Origin: an uncultured Gammaproteobacteria bacterium | GTDB lineage: Bacteria > Patescibacteriota > Microgenomatia > UBA10105 > UBA927 | NCBI GenBank assembly: GCA_964361785.1 | Contig: CAYIBX010000001.1 | Span: 5,857 to 69,856, forward strand | Length of the DNA stretch: 64,000 bases | Direction of reading: 5' to 3' | Program-made: the position numbers and the translations under genes | Notes under the pieces: model-generated | What the model saw: only the letters and a program-made list of their open reading frames with translations | The model's database searches: none | Told to the model about the DNA's origin: nothing | In this document: piece by piece, positions 51,567 through 59,353 of the stretch | Layout: each line of letters starts with the position of its first letter | Numbering within the stretch: position 1 is the first letter of the stretch

Positions 51567-52782
51567 ATCTATCATCAATAAACGTTCACATGTGTTGATT
51601 GCTACATTTTCACCATGGAAAAATGGTGTGCGTCTGCCTATTAACGGAAATTTGGAGCCGATGCGTGATTACTTTGTGCCGAGAGTGGAAAAGGTAGTGG
51701 TTATTGATCAAGTGTATCCTGGGAGTGATTTTGTATTGCCTAGAGTAGAAGTGTATAAATATGGAAAGTTTGTTTCATTTCTGAAGTCGTCATTTATACT
51801 AACAATTCTTTCTCCTTTATTGTGGTTTTCAAATACGTCGGGAACTCACATCGTGTTTAAGATGAGAGATTATCTTTCCGTTATTGTTGAAGGATTGAGA
51901 ACAAAGAAGCTGTTTGATCTTTTTATCGGGTTTGAAGCGATCAATGCGCTTGCAGGAGTGTTTCTACGACGTTTAGGAAGAGTGAAAAAAGTGGTGTATT
52001 ATGTGTCGGATTATTCACCGAAGCGATATACATTCAATTGGTTTAATGCTCTTTATCTGTGGTTAGATAGGAAAGCATGCATGCAATCTGATGTCATTTG
52101 GGATGTGTCTAAGGCCATGATGCCTGCACGTATACATGCAGGACTAGATTCCAAAAAAACAGCGCCAGTAATTCATGTACCAAATGCATTGTATCCCGCT
52201 CAAATAGACGCGCTTCCGATTGGGAGTATTAAAAAAAATACTCTTGTTTTTTTGGGAACACTAGGATATGAAAATGGACCAGATATTGCAGTGCAAGCGA
52301 CCGCGATAGTTGCAAAAAAAATACCAGATATACAATTACATATTATCGGTGGGAACGAAGCGAATGAAGCGAAGCTTAAGGGTTTAGCAGGAGAGTTGCA
52401 TATTAGAAAGAATGTCATATTTCATGGGTTTATCGCAAATAGAGAAAAAATTTCTAACATTGCTCGTACGTTTCAGGTAGCGCTTGCGCCTTACAAGGAT
52501 ATAGAAGGATCAGCAAGAAAGTATGGTGACGCGACTAAAATACGCGCTTACACCGCAGTGGGATTACCAGTAATTACAACCAGCGTCCCACCCCTTGGCA
52601 AAGACATACAGAAAGCGGGTGCAGGATTGATTGTTAAAGACACGCCTGACGCGTTTGCACAAGCTATTATCAAGATAATAACTACGCCAAAACTTTATCA
52701 ATCTCTGCGTACGGGTTCTATTCATTTCGCGAAAGAAAATACGTGGGATAATGAGTACCAAAAGGCGATTGAGGCCTCATAA
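51547..52782 (+). CDS. GT4-like glycosyltransferase (D..K subtype)
   Basis: VFLGTL..ENG, LHIIGG, YGDATKIRAY.AVGLPVITT; start ATG 51547. Confidence 0.8.
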   Translation: MLKKNAKSIINKRSHVLIATFSPWKNGVRLPINGNLEPMRDYFVPRVEKVVVIDQVYPGSDFVLPRVEVYKYGKFVSFLKSSFILTILSPLLWFSNTSGTHIVFKMRDYLSVIVEGLRTKKLFDLFIGFEAINALAGVFLRRLGRVKKVVYYVSDYSPKRYTFNWFNALYLWLDRKACMQSDVIWDVSKAMMPARIHAGLDSKKTAPVIHVPNALYPAQIDALPIGSIKKNTLVFLGTLGYENGPDIAVQATAIVAKKIPDIQLHIIGGNEANEAKLKGLAGELHIRKNVIFHGFIANREKISNIARTFQVALAPYKDIEGSARKYGDATKIRAYTAVGLPVITTSVPPLGKDIQKAGAGLIVKDTPDAFAQAIIKIITTPKLYQSLRTGSIHFAKENTWDNEYQKAIEAS

Positions 52783-52793
52783 TTCGAGGGTAG

Positions 52794-53552
52794 CTATTTT
52801 CGTTCAAAAATTGCAACAATCATGTTGCCATAAGTAAACTCGTATGCAATTTCGATTTTGCAGAGAAATGTAGCTAACCAAGAGAATGGAGCCGCAAAGG
52901 AGATTGTATTAAATGTACGAAAAGTAACGAGACGGAAACCACCTTCCCTAAACACCCTCGTTAAATTCTCTTTTGAGTATTTTGCTAAGTGTTGGTGGCC
53001 CTGAAATTTGGGAACAAGGGTCGTTGTGTCAAGAAGTGCTTCCAGGAGCACCCAGGCACTTCGATAATTCGGAGTAATAATACAAACCTTCCCGTTTTTA
53101 CTGATGAGTGCACGAATATTTTTTGCAACTTTTAATGCATCTTTTTCCGGAATATGCTCGATAACATCTACAGCAACTATAAAGTCAAATGGGGCATGAC
53201 GTTTTACCTTTGTGAGATCGCGTATATCAGATTGAACGAGTACTACATTATTTTTTTTGCCGCGTTTGAGTTTATTCTTTAAAAATTTTAGTGGTTCATC
53301 ATTGTAGTCAACGCCGACAATCTTTCTTACTTTTGCGGTGTACCGAAGTTCAAAATTTCCTGAACCCGTACCCAGATCTAGTACGGACGAATGTTTAGTA
53401 AACTTCAGAAGGGTATCTAACACCGTTAATTTATTTTTGTGCCAGTTAGCTTGAAGAAAGTTCTTACTTCGAATTGCCAGATATTGATAATCAGGCGGTA
53501 TACCTAATTTTTTTTCTATAATTACGTGGTCATCGTGTGTATGGTTATGCAT
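52794..53552 (-). CDS. Class I SAM-dependent methyltransferase
   Basis: VLDLGTGSG, GVDY, FD..VAVDVIEHI, IITPN. Confidence 0.85.
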   Translation of the reverse strand: MHNHTHDDHVIIEKKLGIPPDYQYLAIRSKNFLQANWHKNKLTVLDTLLKFTKHSSVLDLGTGSGNFELRYTAKVRKIVGVDYNDEPLKFLKNKLKRGKKNNVVLVQSDIRDLTKVKRHAPFDFIVAVDVIEHIPEKDALKVAKNIRALISKNGKVCIITPNYRSAWVLLEALLDTTTLVPKFQGHQHLAKYSKENLTRVFREGGFRLVTFRTFNTISFAAPFSWLATFLCKIEIAYEFTYGNMIVAIFERK

Positions 53553-53614
53553 ATATGAGTAGGATTACGCAAGTGTGTATTCGGATTGAGATAGCAAAAC
53601 TTTGTGTAGTTTTG

Positions 53615-54583
53615 TCATATAATGACCGAAGATTTCAATTGTGATTGTGCCCAGTAGTGTGTTTGTGTCAAGCCCTTGGTAAACGATGTGGAGGGTTTGA
53701 AAGAAAAGTCTGTGAAAGCCTTTTTCATATCAGCCTCCATAAAGCGTTGTTCGCCGGGACGCTGATCTTTATAGACGACAGGATACGTATCGGGATTTTT
53801 TCCTGCTGCTTGTATCACTGCTCTCACCATATCTTTGACACTTATTTGTTTACCATTTCCGAGATTGTATACTTGTTGAAATACGTTGGGTTTGTCGATA
53901 GCGAGTGTCCATGCTTTGATGACATTATCTATATAGATAAAATCCCGTGTTTGTAAACCATCTCCATATATAGTAACGGGCTCATTTCGAAGCACATTGC
54001 CGATAAATATGGCGAGCGCCCCTTGGTAGGAATTAGTCAGACTTTGTCTTGGGCCATAGACATTGAACATGCGAAAAGAGGTGACGTTGAATGGTTTTTT
54101 TAGGTCGGTGCGGGCCGCTGTCGCGTGGACGAAGCGCTCCGCGGCATATTTTGAGATTCCATAGTAGGAAACTGGCTTGCAGGAGTGAGTTTCTGATACA
54201 GGGAGCGAGTCTGGATGACCGTAGGCTGTCATGGAGGAAGCGTAGAGAAATCGTGTGACGTTTGCGGCAAGGGCTGCGAGCACCACGTTGACTGTCCCTT
54301 TGAAATTGACATCGATGTCAAAATGCGGATCGGAAAAAGAATTAATATTGGATGCTTGTCCTGCGATATGAAAAATGATGTCTGGTTTCACTTTTTGTAC
54401 GATAGAAAGTATCTTATCTTTGTTTCGTACGTCTTCGATATAGAGTGGTATATTTTTTGGAACAAATGTTTTATTTCCAGTGGCTAGATTGTCTACTACA
54501 TGAACGTTGTATGTCTTTGACAATTTGTCTACAAGGTGAGAACCGATAAATCCTGCACCGCCAGTTATTAATGCTTTTTGCAT
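53615..54583 (-). CDS. NAD-dependent epimerase (UDP-glucose 4-epimerase-like extended SDR)
   Basis: MQKALITGGAGFIGSHL, VDNLATG, P.SYYGISK, FNVYGPRQ, GDGLQTRDF; start ATG 54583 rather than 54772; TG-A-TACAGT 7 nt upstream. Confidence 0.88.
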   Translation of the reverse strand: MQKALITGGAGFIGSHLVDKLSKTYNVHVVDNLATGNKTFVPKNIPLYIEDVRNKDKILSIVQKVKPDIIFHIAGQASNINSFSDPHFDIDVNFKGTVNVVLAALAANVTRFLYASSMTAYGHPDSLPVSETHSCKPVSYYGISKYAAERFVHATAARTDLKKPFNVTSFRMFNVYGPRQSLTNSYQGALAIFIGNVLRNEPVTIYGDGLQTRDFIYIDNVIKAWTLAIDKPNVFQQVYNLGNGKQISVKDMVRAVIQAAGKNPDTYPVVYKDQRPGEQRFMEADMKKAFTDFSFKPSTSFTKGLTQTHYWAQSQLKSSVII

Positions 54584-54627
54584 GATGTTAACTGTATCAC
54601 AAAAAATATTATTTTTGTACTCTGATT

Positions 54628-54636
54628 TGCTATAAT
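54628..54636 (+). promoter_or_regulatory. Extended -10 promoter (TG-C-TATAAT), divergent from the epimerase promoter
   Basis: TGCTATAAT in the AT-rich intergenic region upstream of the HD-like gene. Confidence 0.55.
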
Positions 54637-54695
54637 CGTCAGATATCACAAGAACTACGAGAAGCAATAATGCAGAAGTCAAAAAAAGAGAATTG

Positions 54696-55541
54696 ATGAT
54701 GCAACAAATTCCAGTGGACAAATTTATAGAGAAATATCGAGTGGACAATCCAGACGTGATTGAAACGCTCAAAAAATTTCCGGTACTAAGTTACTTATTG
54801 GGTTCAGTATCAGAAAAGACATTTGAAAATAATAGAACTGTCACAGAAGGGTCGGCAATGTTTGGGCTGACAAATCCTCAAGATGCAATGCGATGGAAGG
54901 GAATATTTACTCATATCACCGGAGCTTCAAGGCATGTCTATTTTTTGAGTGATAAAATAGCGCATGCGACACCTACGCAAAAACAAAAATTACTTGCATG
55001 AGGGTATACCCAAACATCATTAACATCTCTTGATCCTGATCTTCTTCGTGATCATAAACTTGTCGATCATGCGGGACGAAGACAAATGGATGAATTAGGA
55101 TGGCATGATGTGCGCGACGCTGCACATCCGTCAACGTATTCTTCAGAAAATACGCTGGCATTATTAGAGCGAAATGGGGCTGATCCATATTTTCTTCACC
55201 ATATGAAGGAAGAAGATCACGCGTATCTTTTCTCTCGAGGAAAAAGTGGTCGATTGAAAGATATACAGTTTGCAGTACTCACCTATGGTGATTGGACATT
55301 TGATCAAAAATCCGTGAGCCTCCATGATCGGTTTGTAGGTTTGCGATCACGAAATCGTGCTGACAGGGCAACGCTTGATAGGCTAGAGCATCTAGGGCAA
55401 ACTTTTGAATCGGATTTACAGCATGTGTTTGGCGATTCAATTATCCATGAAATGATGGAATTAAAGCCGTTTGCATGGGAAGAAAAAATGAAAAATGCAT
55501 ATGCTTCAAGTGCAGGATTGCCAGTTTCAATTTTTGTTTAA
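54696..55541 (+). pseudogene. HD-fold-like protein interrupted by one in-frame TGA (54999-55001)
   Basis: ORFs 54693-55001 and 55086-55541 share a frame and the gap after TGA is open (GYTQTSLTSLDPDLLRDHKLVDHAGRRQ); H...DH.G...H...YGD...SL..RF pattern. Confidence 0.6.
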
Positions 55542-55700
55542 TGCTTTGCGAGTGTAGCGAGTGTTGCCGCAACGGATGGGTTATTGATAGTCTGTAATGT
55601 CACCCTGTCACCAAATCGTTTTTGAAGAGGAGTTAAAAATTCATCTGCCCATGAAGGAGTCAGCACCACGACGCCCTCAAAATCTATGCATATTTTATCA
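55538..55700 (-). pseudogene. C-terminal remnant of a STAS-like/DUF4325 protein
   Basis: IDFEGVVVLTPSWADEFL.PL...G...NPSV.ATL; no plausible N-terminus, junction has 10-nt repeats. Confidence 0.55.
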
Positions 55701-55720
55701 AATCTATGCAAATCTATGCA
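55681..55720. repeat. Three copies of AATCTATGCA
   Basis: Copies at 55681, 55701 and 55711, plus inverted TAGATTT at 55725-55731. Confidence 0.8.
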
Positions 55721-55764
55721 ATAGTAGATTTGGAATATTCGAATAAATCTGATTAAAAACCTTA

Positions 55765-55839
55765 TGATACAATGCCTGTATGGCAAAAAAGATGGTAAGT
55801 GTGGTCACTGAGGGGGCTGGGTTTATGGGGATAAAATAG
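55765..55839 (+). pseudogene. Duplicated promoter and first 17 codons of the UDP-glucuronate decarboxylase gene
   Basis: TGATACAAT-6nt-ATG 55780, MAKKMVSVVTEGAGFMGIK* versus MAGKMVSVVTGGAGFIG at 56532; 43/51 nt identical. Confidence 0.85.
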
Positions 55840-55864
55840 TGATATACTTAAAGAGGATAGTTAT

Positions 55865-56155
55865 ATGGTAAATAATACGATTGATCAGATAAAGGTTAAA
55901 GCAGTACCTATTCTTATGAGAGCGGGCGTGACTCGCTCTTCTATTTATGGTTCATATGTACGAGGCGAGCAAAAGCAAGAGAGTGATATTGATTTACTTG
56001 TTGATGTACCGCGAGGAACGAGTCTATTTGATTTAGCGGATTTACAAATAAAGCTTGAAGAGGCGCTTGGTAAAAATGTTGATCTTGTTACCTATGCATC
56101 AGTACATCATCTTTTGAAAGATCGAATTATGGCTGAACAAATAGGCATATTATGA
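55865..56155 (+). CDS. mntA: Minimal nucleotidyltransferase antitoxin
   Basis: GSYVRGEQKQESDIDLLVD (GSx10DxD), LG..VDLV; own TG-A-TATACT (55840-55848) and GAGGA SD. Confidence 0.9.
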   Translation: MVNNTIDQIKVKAVPILMRAGVTRSSIYGSYVRGEQKQESDIDLLVDVPRGTSLFDLADLQIKLEEALGKNVDLVTYASVHHLLKDRIMAEQIGIL

Positions 56156-56490
56156 ACAAAGATTACTTTGTTTTTCTCAATCATATAGTGGAAAGTATTA
56201 CTGTTATTGAAGAGTATATACGTAATTGTTCGGAAGAAGAGTTCATGCGATCCCAAGAGAAACAGGACGCGGTGATTCGCAGACTGGAAATCATAGGAGA
56301 AGCAGTCAAAAATATTCCTCAGGAATATCGAGATCAGCATGTGGAAGTTGCCTGGAACAAAGCTATGGGAACGCGAAATATTCTCATTCATCACTACTTC
56401 GGTATTGATATCACAGTCGTGTGGGATACGGTGATAAAAAGTTTGCCTGAATTTAAAAATCAAATTCTTCAATTGCTGAATGAAAAGTAA
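56152..56490 (+). CDS. hepT: HEPN ribonuclease toxin (DUF86)
   Basis: DAVIRRLEIIGEA, RNILIHHYFGID (Rx4HxY); ATGA overlap with mntA. Confidence 0.9.
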   Translation: MNKDYFVFLNHIVESITVIEEYIRNCSEEEFMRSQEKQDAVIRRLEIIGEAVKNIPQEYRDQHVEVAWNKAMGTRNILIHHYFGIDITVVWDTVIKSLPEFKNQILQLLNEK

Positions 56491-56516
56491 TTATAGGAAT
56501 TTTATATATAATCCTT

Positions 56517-56525
56517 TGATATAAT
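56517..56525 (+). promoter_or_regulatory. Extended -10 promoter (TG-A-TATAAT), leaderless
   Basis: Consensus TGnTATAAT 6 nt upstream of ATG 56532. Confidence 0.7.
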
Positions 56526-56531
56526 ACGCCT

Positions 56532-57530
56532 ATGGCAGGAAAAATGGTAAGTGTAGTCACAGGTGGGGCTGGGTTTATAGGGAGTAATTTAGTGAATAAA
56601 CTCCTTGACTTTGGGCATACGGTCATAGCTGTCGATAATTTAATTACTGGTAGAGTTGAAAACCTCACCGAGGCAATACGTAACTCTCAATTTTCTTTTA
56701 TTCAGGCAGATGTTATAAAAGGCTTGCCGGAGATTTCCGATGTCACGCATGTGTGGCATTTGGCTTCCCCCGCATCGGTTGAAGGGTATCAAAACAATCC
56801 TGAAGAAACAGCGCTGGTCAATTCGGTGGGGACTAGAAATGCGCTTATCTTTGCTAAAGAGCACAATACTCGGCTTATTTATACCTCAACCAGTGAAGTA
56901 TATGGAGACCCAAAACAACATCCGCAAAAGGAAACGTACTGGGGGAATGTGAATCCTAATGGCGTGCGAAGTTGCTACGACGAAAGCAAACGATACGGCG
57001 AAATGATGACCCTGCTTTATCATACAAAACATGGCGTAGACACAAGAATTGCGCGGATATTTAATACGTATGGTCCGAATATGAAAGCGAACGATGGACG
57101 CGTGGTATCTAACTTTATCAATCAAGCGCTTGTTCATAAACCACTGACTGTCTATGGCGACGGACTACAGACGAGATCTTTTTGCTATGTGTCGGATCAG
57201 GTGGCCGGCCTTATTTCTTTGATGGAAAAAGAGAAGGCAAACGGGGAGGTCGTTAATATAGGAAATCCTGAGGAGTATACGGTGATTGATTTAGCCAAAA
57301 AGATTATTTTTCTTACCAATAGTACGTCAGAGATTGTCTATTCGAAACTTCCATCAGACGATCCGGTGAAAAGATGCCCTGATATTACCAAAGCCAAAGA
57401 ATTATTAGATTGGGAGCCTGTCGTTTCTGTTGACGAAGGATTGAAGAAAACTATTGTCTACTATAGACAACAGTTAACACCCGCCTGCAAACGCCTGAGC
57501 GTAGCGATGGCGGGCAGGGTTAACAGTTAA
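56532..57530 (+). CDS. UDP-glucuronate decarboxylase (UDP-xylose synthase)
   Basis: HLASPAS, STSEVYGDP..HPQ.ETYWGNVNP.G.RSCYDESKR, RIFNTYGP, DGRVVSNF, LP.DDP.KR.PDI. Confidence 0.9.
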   Translation: MAGKMVSVVTGGAGFIGSNLVNKLLDFGHTVIAVDNLITGRVENLTEAIRNSQFSFIQADVIKGLPEISDVTHVWHLASPASVEGYQNNPEETALVNSVGTRNALIFAKEHNTRLIYTSTSEVYGDPKQHPQKETYWGNVNPNGVRSCYDESKRYGEMMTLLYHTKHGVDTRIARIFNTYGPNMKANDGRVVSNFINQALVHKPLTVYGDGLQTRSFCYVSDQVAGLISLMEKEKANGEVVNIGNPEEYTVIDLAKKIIFLTNSTSEIVYSKLPSDDPVKRCPDITKAKELLDWEPVVSVDEGLKKTIVYYRQQLTPACKRLSVAMAGRVNS

Positions 57531-57535
57531 CAGTT
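57469..57535. repeat. (AACAGTT)x4 heptamer array interrupted by a 39-nt GC-rich palindromic insert (57480-57518)
   Basis: Deleting CCCGCCTGCAAACGCCTGAGCGTAGCGATGGCGGGCAGG restores four perfect heptamers and keeps the reading frame. Confidence 0.8.
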
Positions 57536-57543
57536 TACTTTTT

Positions 57544-57774
57544 ATGAAAACTCAAGATATAAGTTTTTTTGTAGTTTTTGTCTTACTTTTGGTTAGTCGT
57601 AAGCCGATTTTGTTTGTGTGGTCAGGACTTCTTATGCTTTTTCTAGCTATCCCGTTGTTTGCGTTCCATATATTTTTTACGGCCGAAAGACTTACGTGGT
57701 ATGCGGCTGCGTTCTTTCTTTTCTTCATTCTATTTTCTTTTATACCCTCCCAGAAAGGCAAAATAACAGTATGA
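57544..57774 (+). CDS. Small membrane protein
   Basis: 76 aa, about 3 TM, TAERLTWYA motif; ATGA overlap with galE. Confidence 0.65.
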   Translation: MKTQDISFFVVFVLLLVSRKPILFVWSGLLMLFLAIPLFAFHIFFTAERLTWYAAAFFLFFILFSFIPSQKGKITV

Positions 57775-58763
57775 AGTTCTTAGTCACTGGCGGCACCGGA
57801 TATATCGGAGGTGCGATGTCTCGGATGCTTGTTTTAAAGGGTCATGAAGTGGTCATCCTTGATACGCTTGAGTACGGGCATAAGCAGGCAATACCCAGTA
57901 CCGCACGACTTATAATCGGAAATGTAGGGGACAAAGATGTGGTATCAGAGATATTTTCTAAGAATTCTATTGATGGAGTGTTGCACTTTGCCGGGTACAC
58001 ATCGGTAGAAGAATCTGTGAAAAATCCAATTCGTTATATAAAGAATAATCTTATTTCACCCACTGTTCTTTTGGAGTGTATGAAAGATGCAGGATCACCG
58101 CCAATCATTTTTTCCTCTACCGCAGCTGTTTATGGTGTTCCAAACATAATTCCAATTCCTGAAACTCATACTATTTGGCCGTTATCGCCCTACGGATTAT
58201 CGAAATGGAATTTCGAGCAATTGCTTTCCGTGTATGAACGATCAGCCGGTATTCGGTCGGTGTCTTTGCGGTATTTTAATGCTTGTGGCGCGGCTATCGA
58301 TGGAACGAATGGCGAGTCGCATGAACCGGAGACGCATCTTATACCCCTTGCGTGTCAGACCGCACTTGGAATTCACAATACGTTTCATATGTTTGGCACG
58401 GATTATCCGACCACGGATGGCACTGCGGTGCGGGACTACATACATATTGATGATCTTTGTGAAGCACATCTTTTGGTCATGGATGCGCTATTAAACGGTC
58501 ACTCAAGCGACGTGTATAACGTGGGTACAGGTACAGGTGCTACGGTTTCTCACGTTGTTTCGTTGGTGAAAAAAATATCAGGCCGAGAGTTTCCTGTGAT
58601 TAACTCACCGAAACGAGCAGGGGATCCCGCCGAGCTTGTGGCAGATCCTACAAAGCTTATGAAAGAATTTGGGTGGGCGCCAAAACATTCAACACTCTCT
58701 GACATTATTTCTTCAGCATGGCGCTGGCATCAAGCACATCCGAAGGGATATGATGCAGTATGA
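57771..58763 (+). CDS. galE: UDP-glucose 4-epimerase
   Basis: VTGGTGYIG, HFA...VEESV..P..Y, FSSTAAVYG, SPYG.SK, LRYFNA.GA, GE.H.PETHLIP, DGT.VRDYIH, RAGDP. Confidence 0.9.
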   Translation: MKFLVTGGTGYIGGAMSRMLVLKGHEVVILDTLEYGHKQAIPSTARLIIGNVGDKDVVSEIFSKNSIDGVLHFAGYTSVEESVKNPIRYIKNNLISPTVLLECMKDAGSPPIIFSSTAAVYGVPNIIPIPETHTIWPLSPYGLSKWNFEQLLSVYERSAGIRSVSLRYFNACGAAIDGTNGESHEPETHLIPLACQTALGIHNTFHMFGTDYPTTDGTAVRDYIHIDDLCEAHLLVMDALLNGHSSDVYNVGTGTGATVSHVVSLVKKISGREFPVINSPKRAGDPAELVADPTKLMKEFGWAPKHSTLSDIISSAWRWHQAHPKGYDAV

Positions 58764-59344
58764 AAATAGGCATTGATATAAGTCAAATTGCGTTTGAACA
58801 CACAGGGGTCGCTCGATATATGGAGCGTATGGTGATTGAGCTTGTAGAAAAAAGCCCTTCGCATGAATTTATTCTTTTCGGATCATCGCTTCGTAAGTCT
58901 CACATCCTAAAGCAGTTTGCAGCAATCTTAAAGAACAAACATGCCAATGTTCGTTCAATGATTATTCATGTCCCGCCAATACTTCTTGACCTGTTGTGGA
59001 ATAGACTGCATATCATGCCTGTAGAGTGGATTATAGGGCGAGTTGATGTTTTTTGGAGCAGTGACTGGACGCAGCCGCCGCTTACCTATGCCAAAGGTGT
59101 CACGACGATTCACGATCTTTCCATATTTACGTATCCTAAAGATTCAAATCCTGAGCCTCACATCGATATAAAACAAGGCCAGTTTCGGGCAAATATCGTC
59201 GGTGTTCAGAGGCGACGGCTTCATTGGGTCGATCGAGAATGTGCACGGATTTTTTGCGATAGTATTGCTACCAAAAAAGATATCATGAAATTTCTTTCTA
59301 TTTCAGAACAGAAATTGCATGTTGTATATCCTGGGTATTTATAA
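58760..59344 (+). CDS. GT4 N-terminal (acceptor) domain only
   Basis: MKIGID...TGVARY, LWNRLH, SDW.QPP, TTIHDL; ends at VVYPG with no EGFGLP C-domain. Confidence 0.75.
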   Translation: MKIGIDISQIAFEHTGVARYMERMVIELVEKSPSHEFILFGSSLRKSHILKQFAAILKNKHANVRSMIIHVPPILLDLLWNRLHIMPVEWIIGRVDVFWSSDWTQPPLTYAKGVTTIHDLSIFTYPKDSNPEPHIDIKQGQFRANIVGVQRRRLHWVDRECARIFCDSIATKKDIMKFLSISEQKLHVVYPGYL

Positions 59345-59353
59345 TACACGCGT

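Noticed and set aside
54584-54772. N-terminal extension of the minus-strand epimerase in the ORF track
   Set aside because: The Rossmann motif starts right after ATG 54583, which has its own -10 box; the extension overlaps the divergent gene
54999-55001. TGA recoding (code 25/4) or selenocysteine
   Set aside because: TGA terminates many genes here in ATGA overlaps, and no Cys-like redox context or obvious SECIS hairpin follows
55701-55786. N-terminal part of the 82-aa minus ORF as a real gene start
   Set aside because: It runs through the 10-nt repeats and the duplicated promoter; only the C-terminal part looks protein-like
55681-57535. CRISPR-like interpretation of the short repeats
   Set aside because: Units are 7-10 nt with no spacers and there are no cas genes
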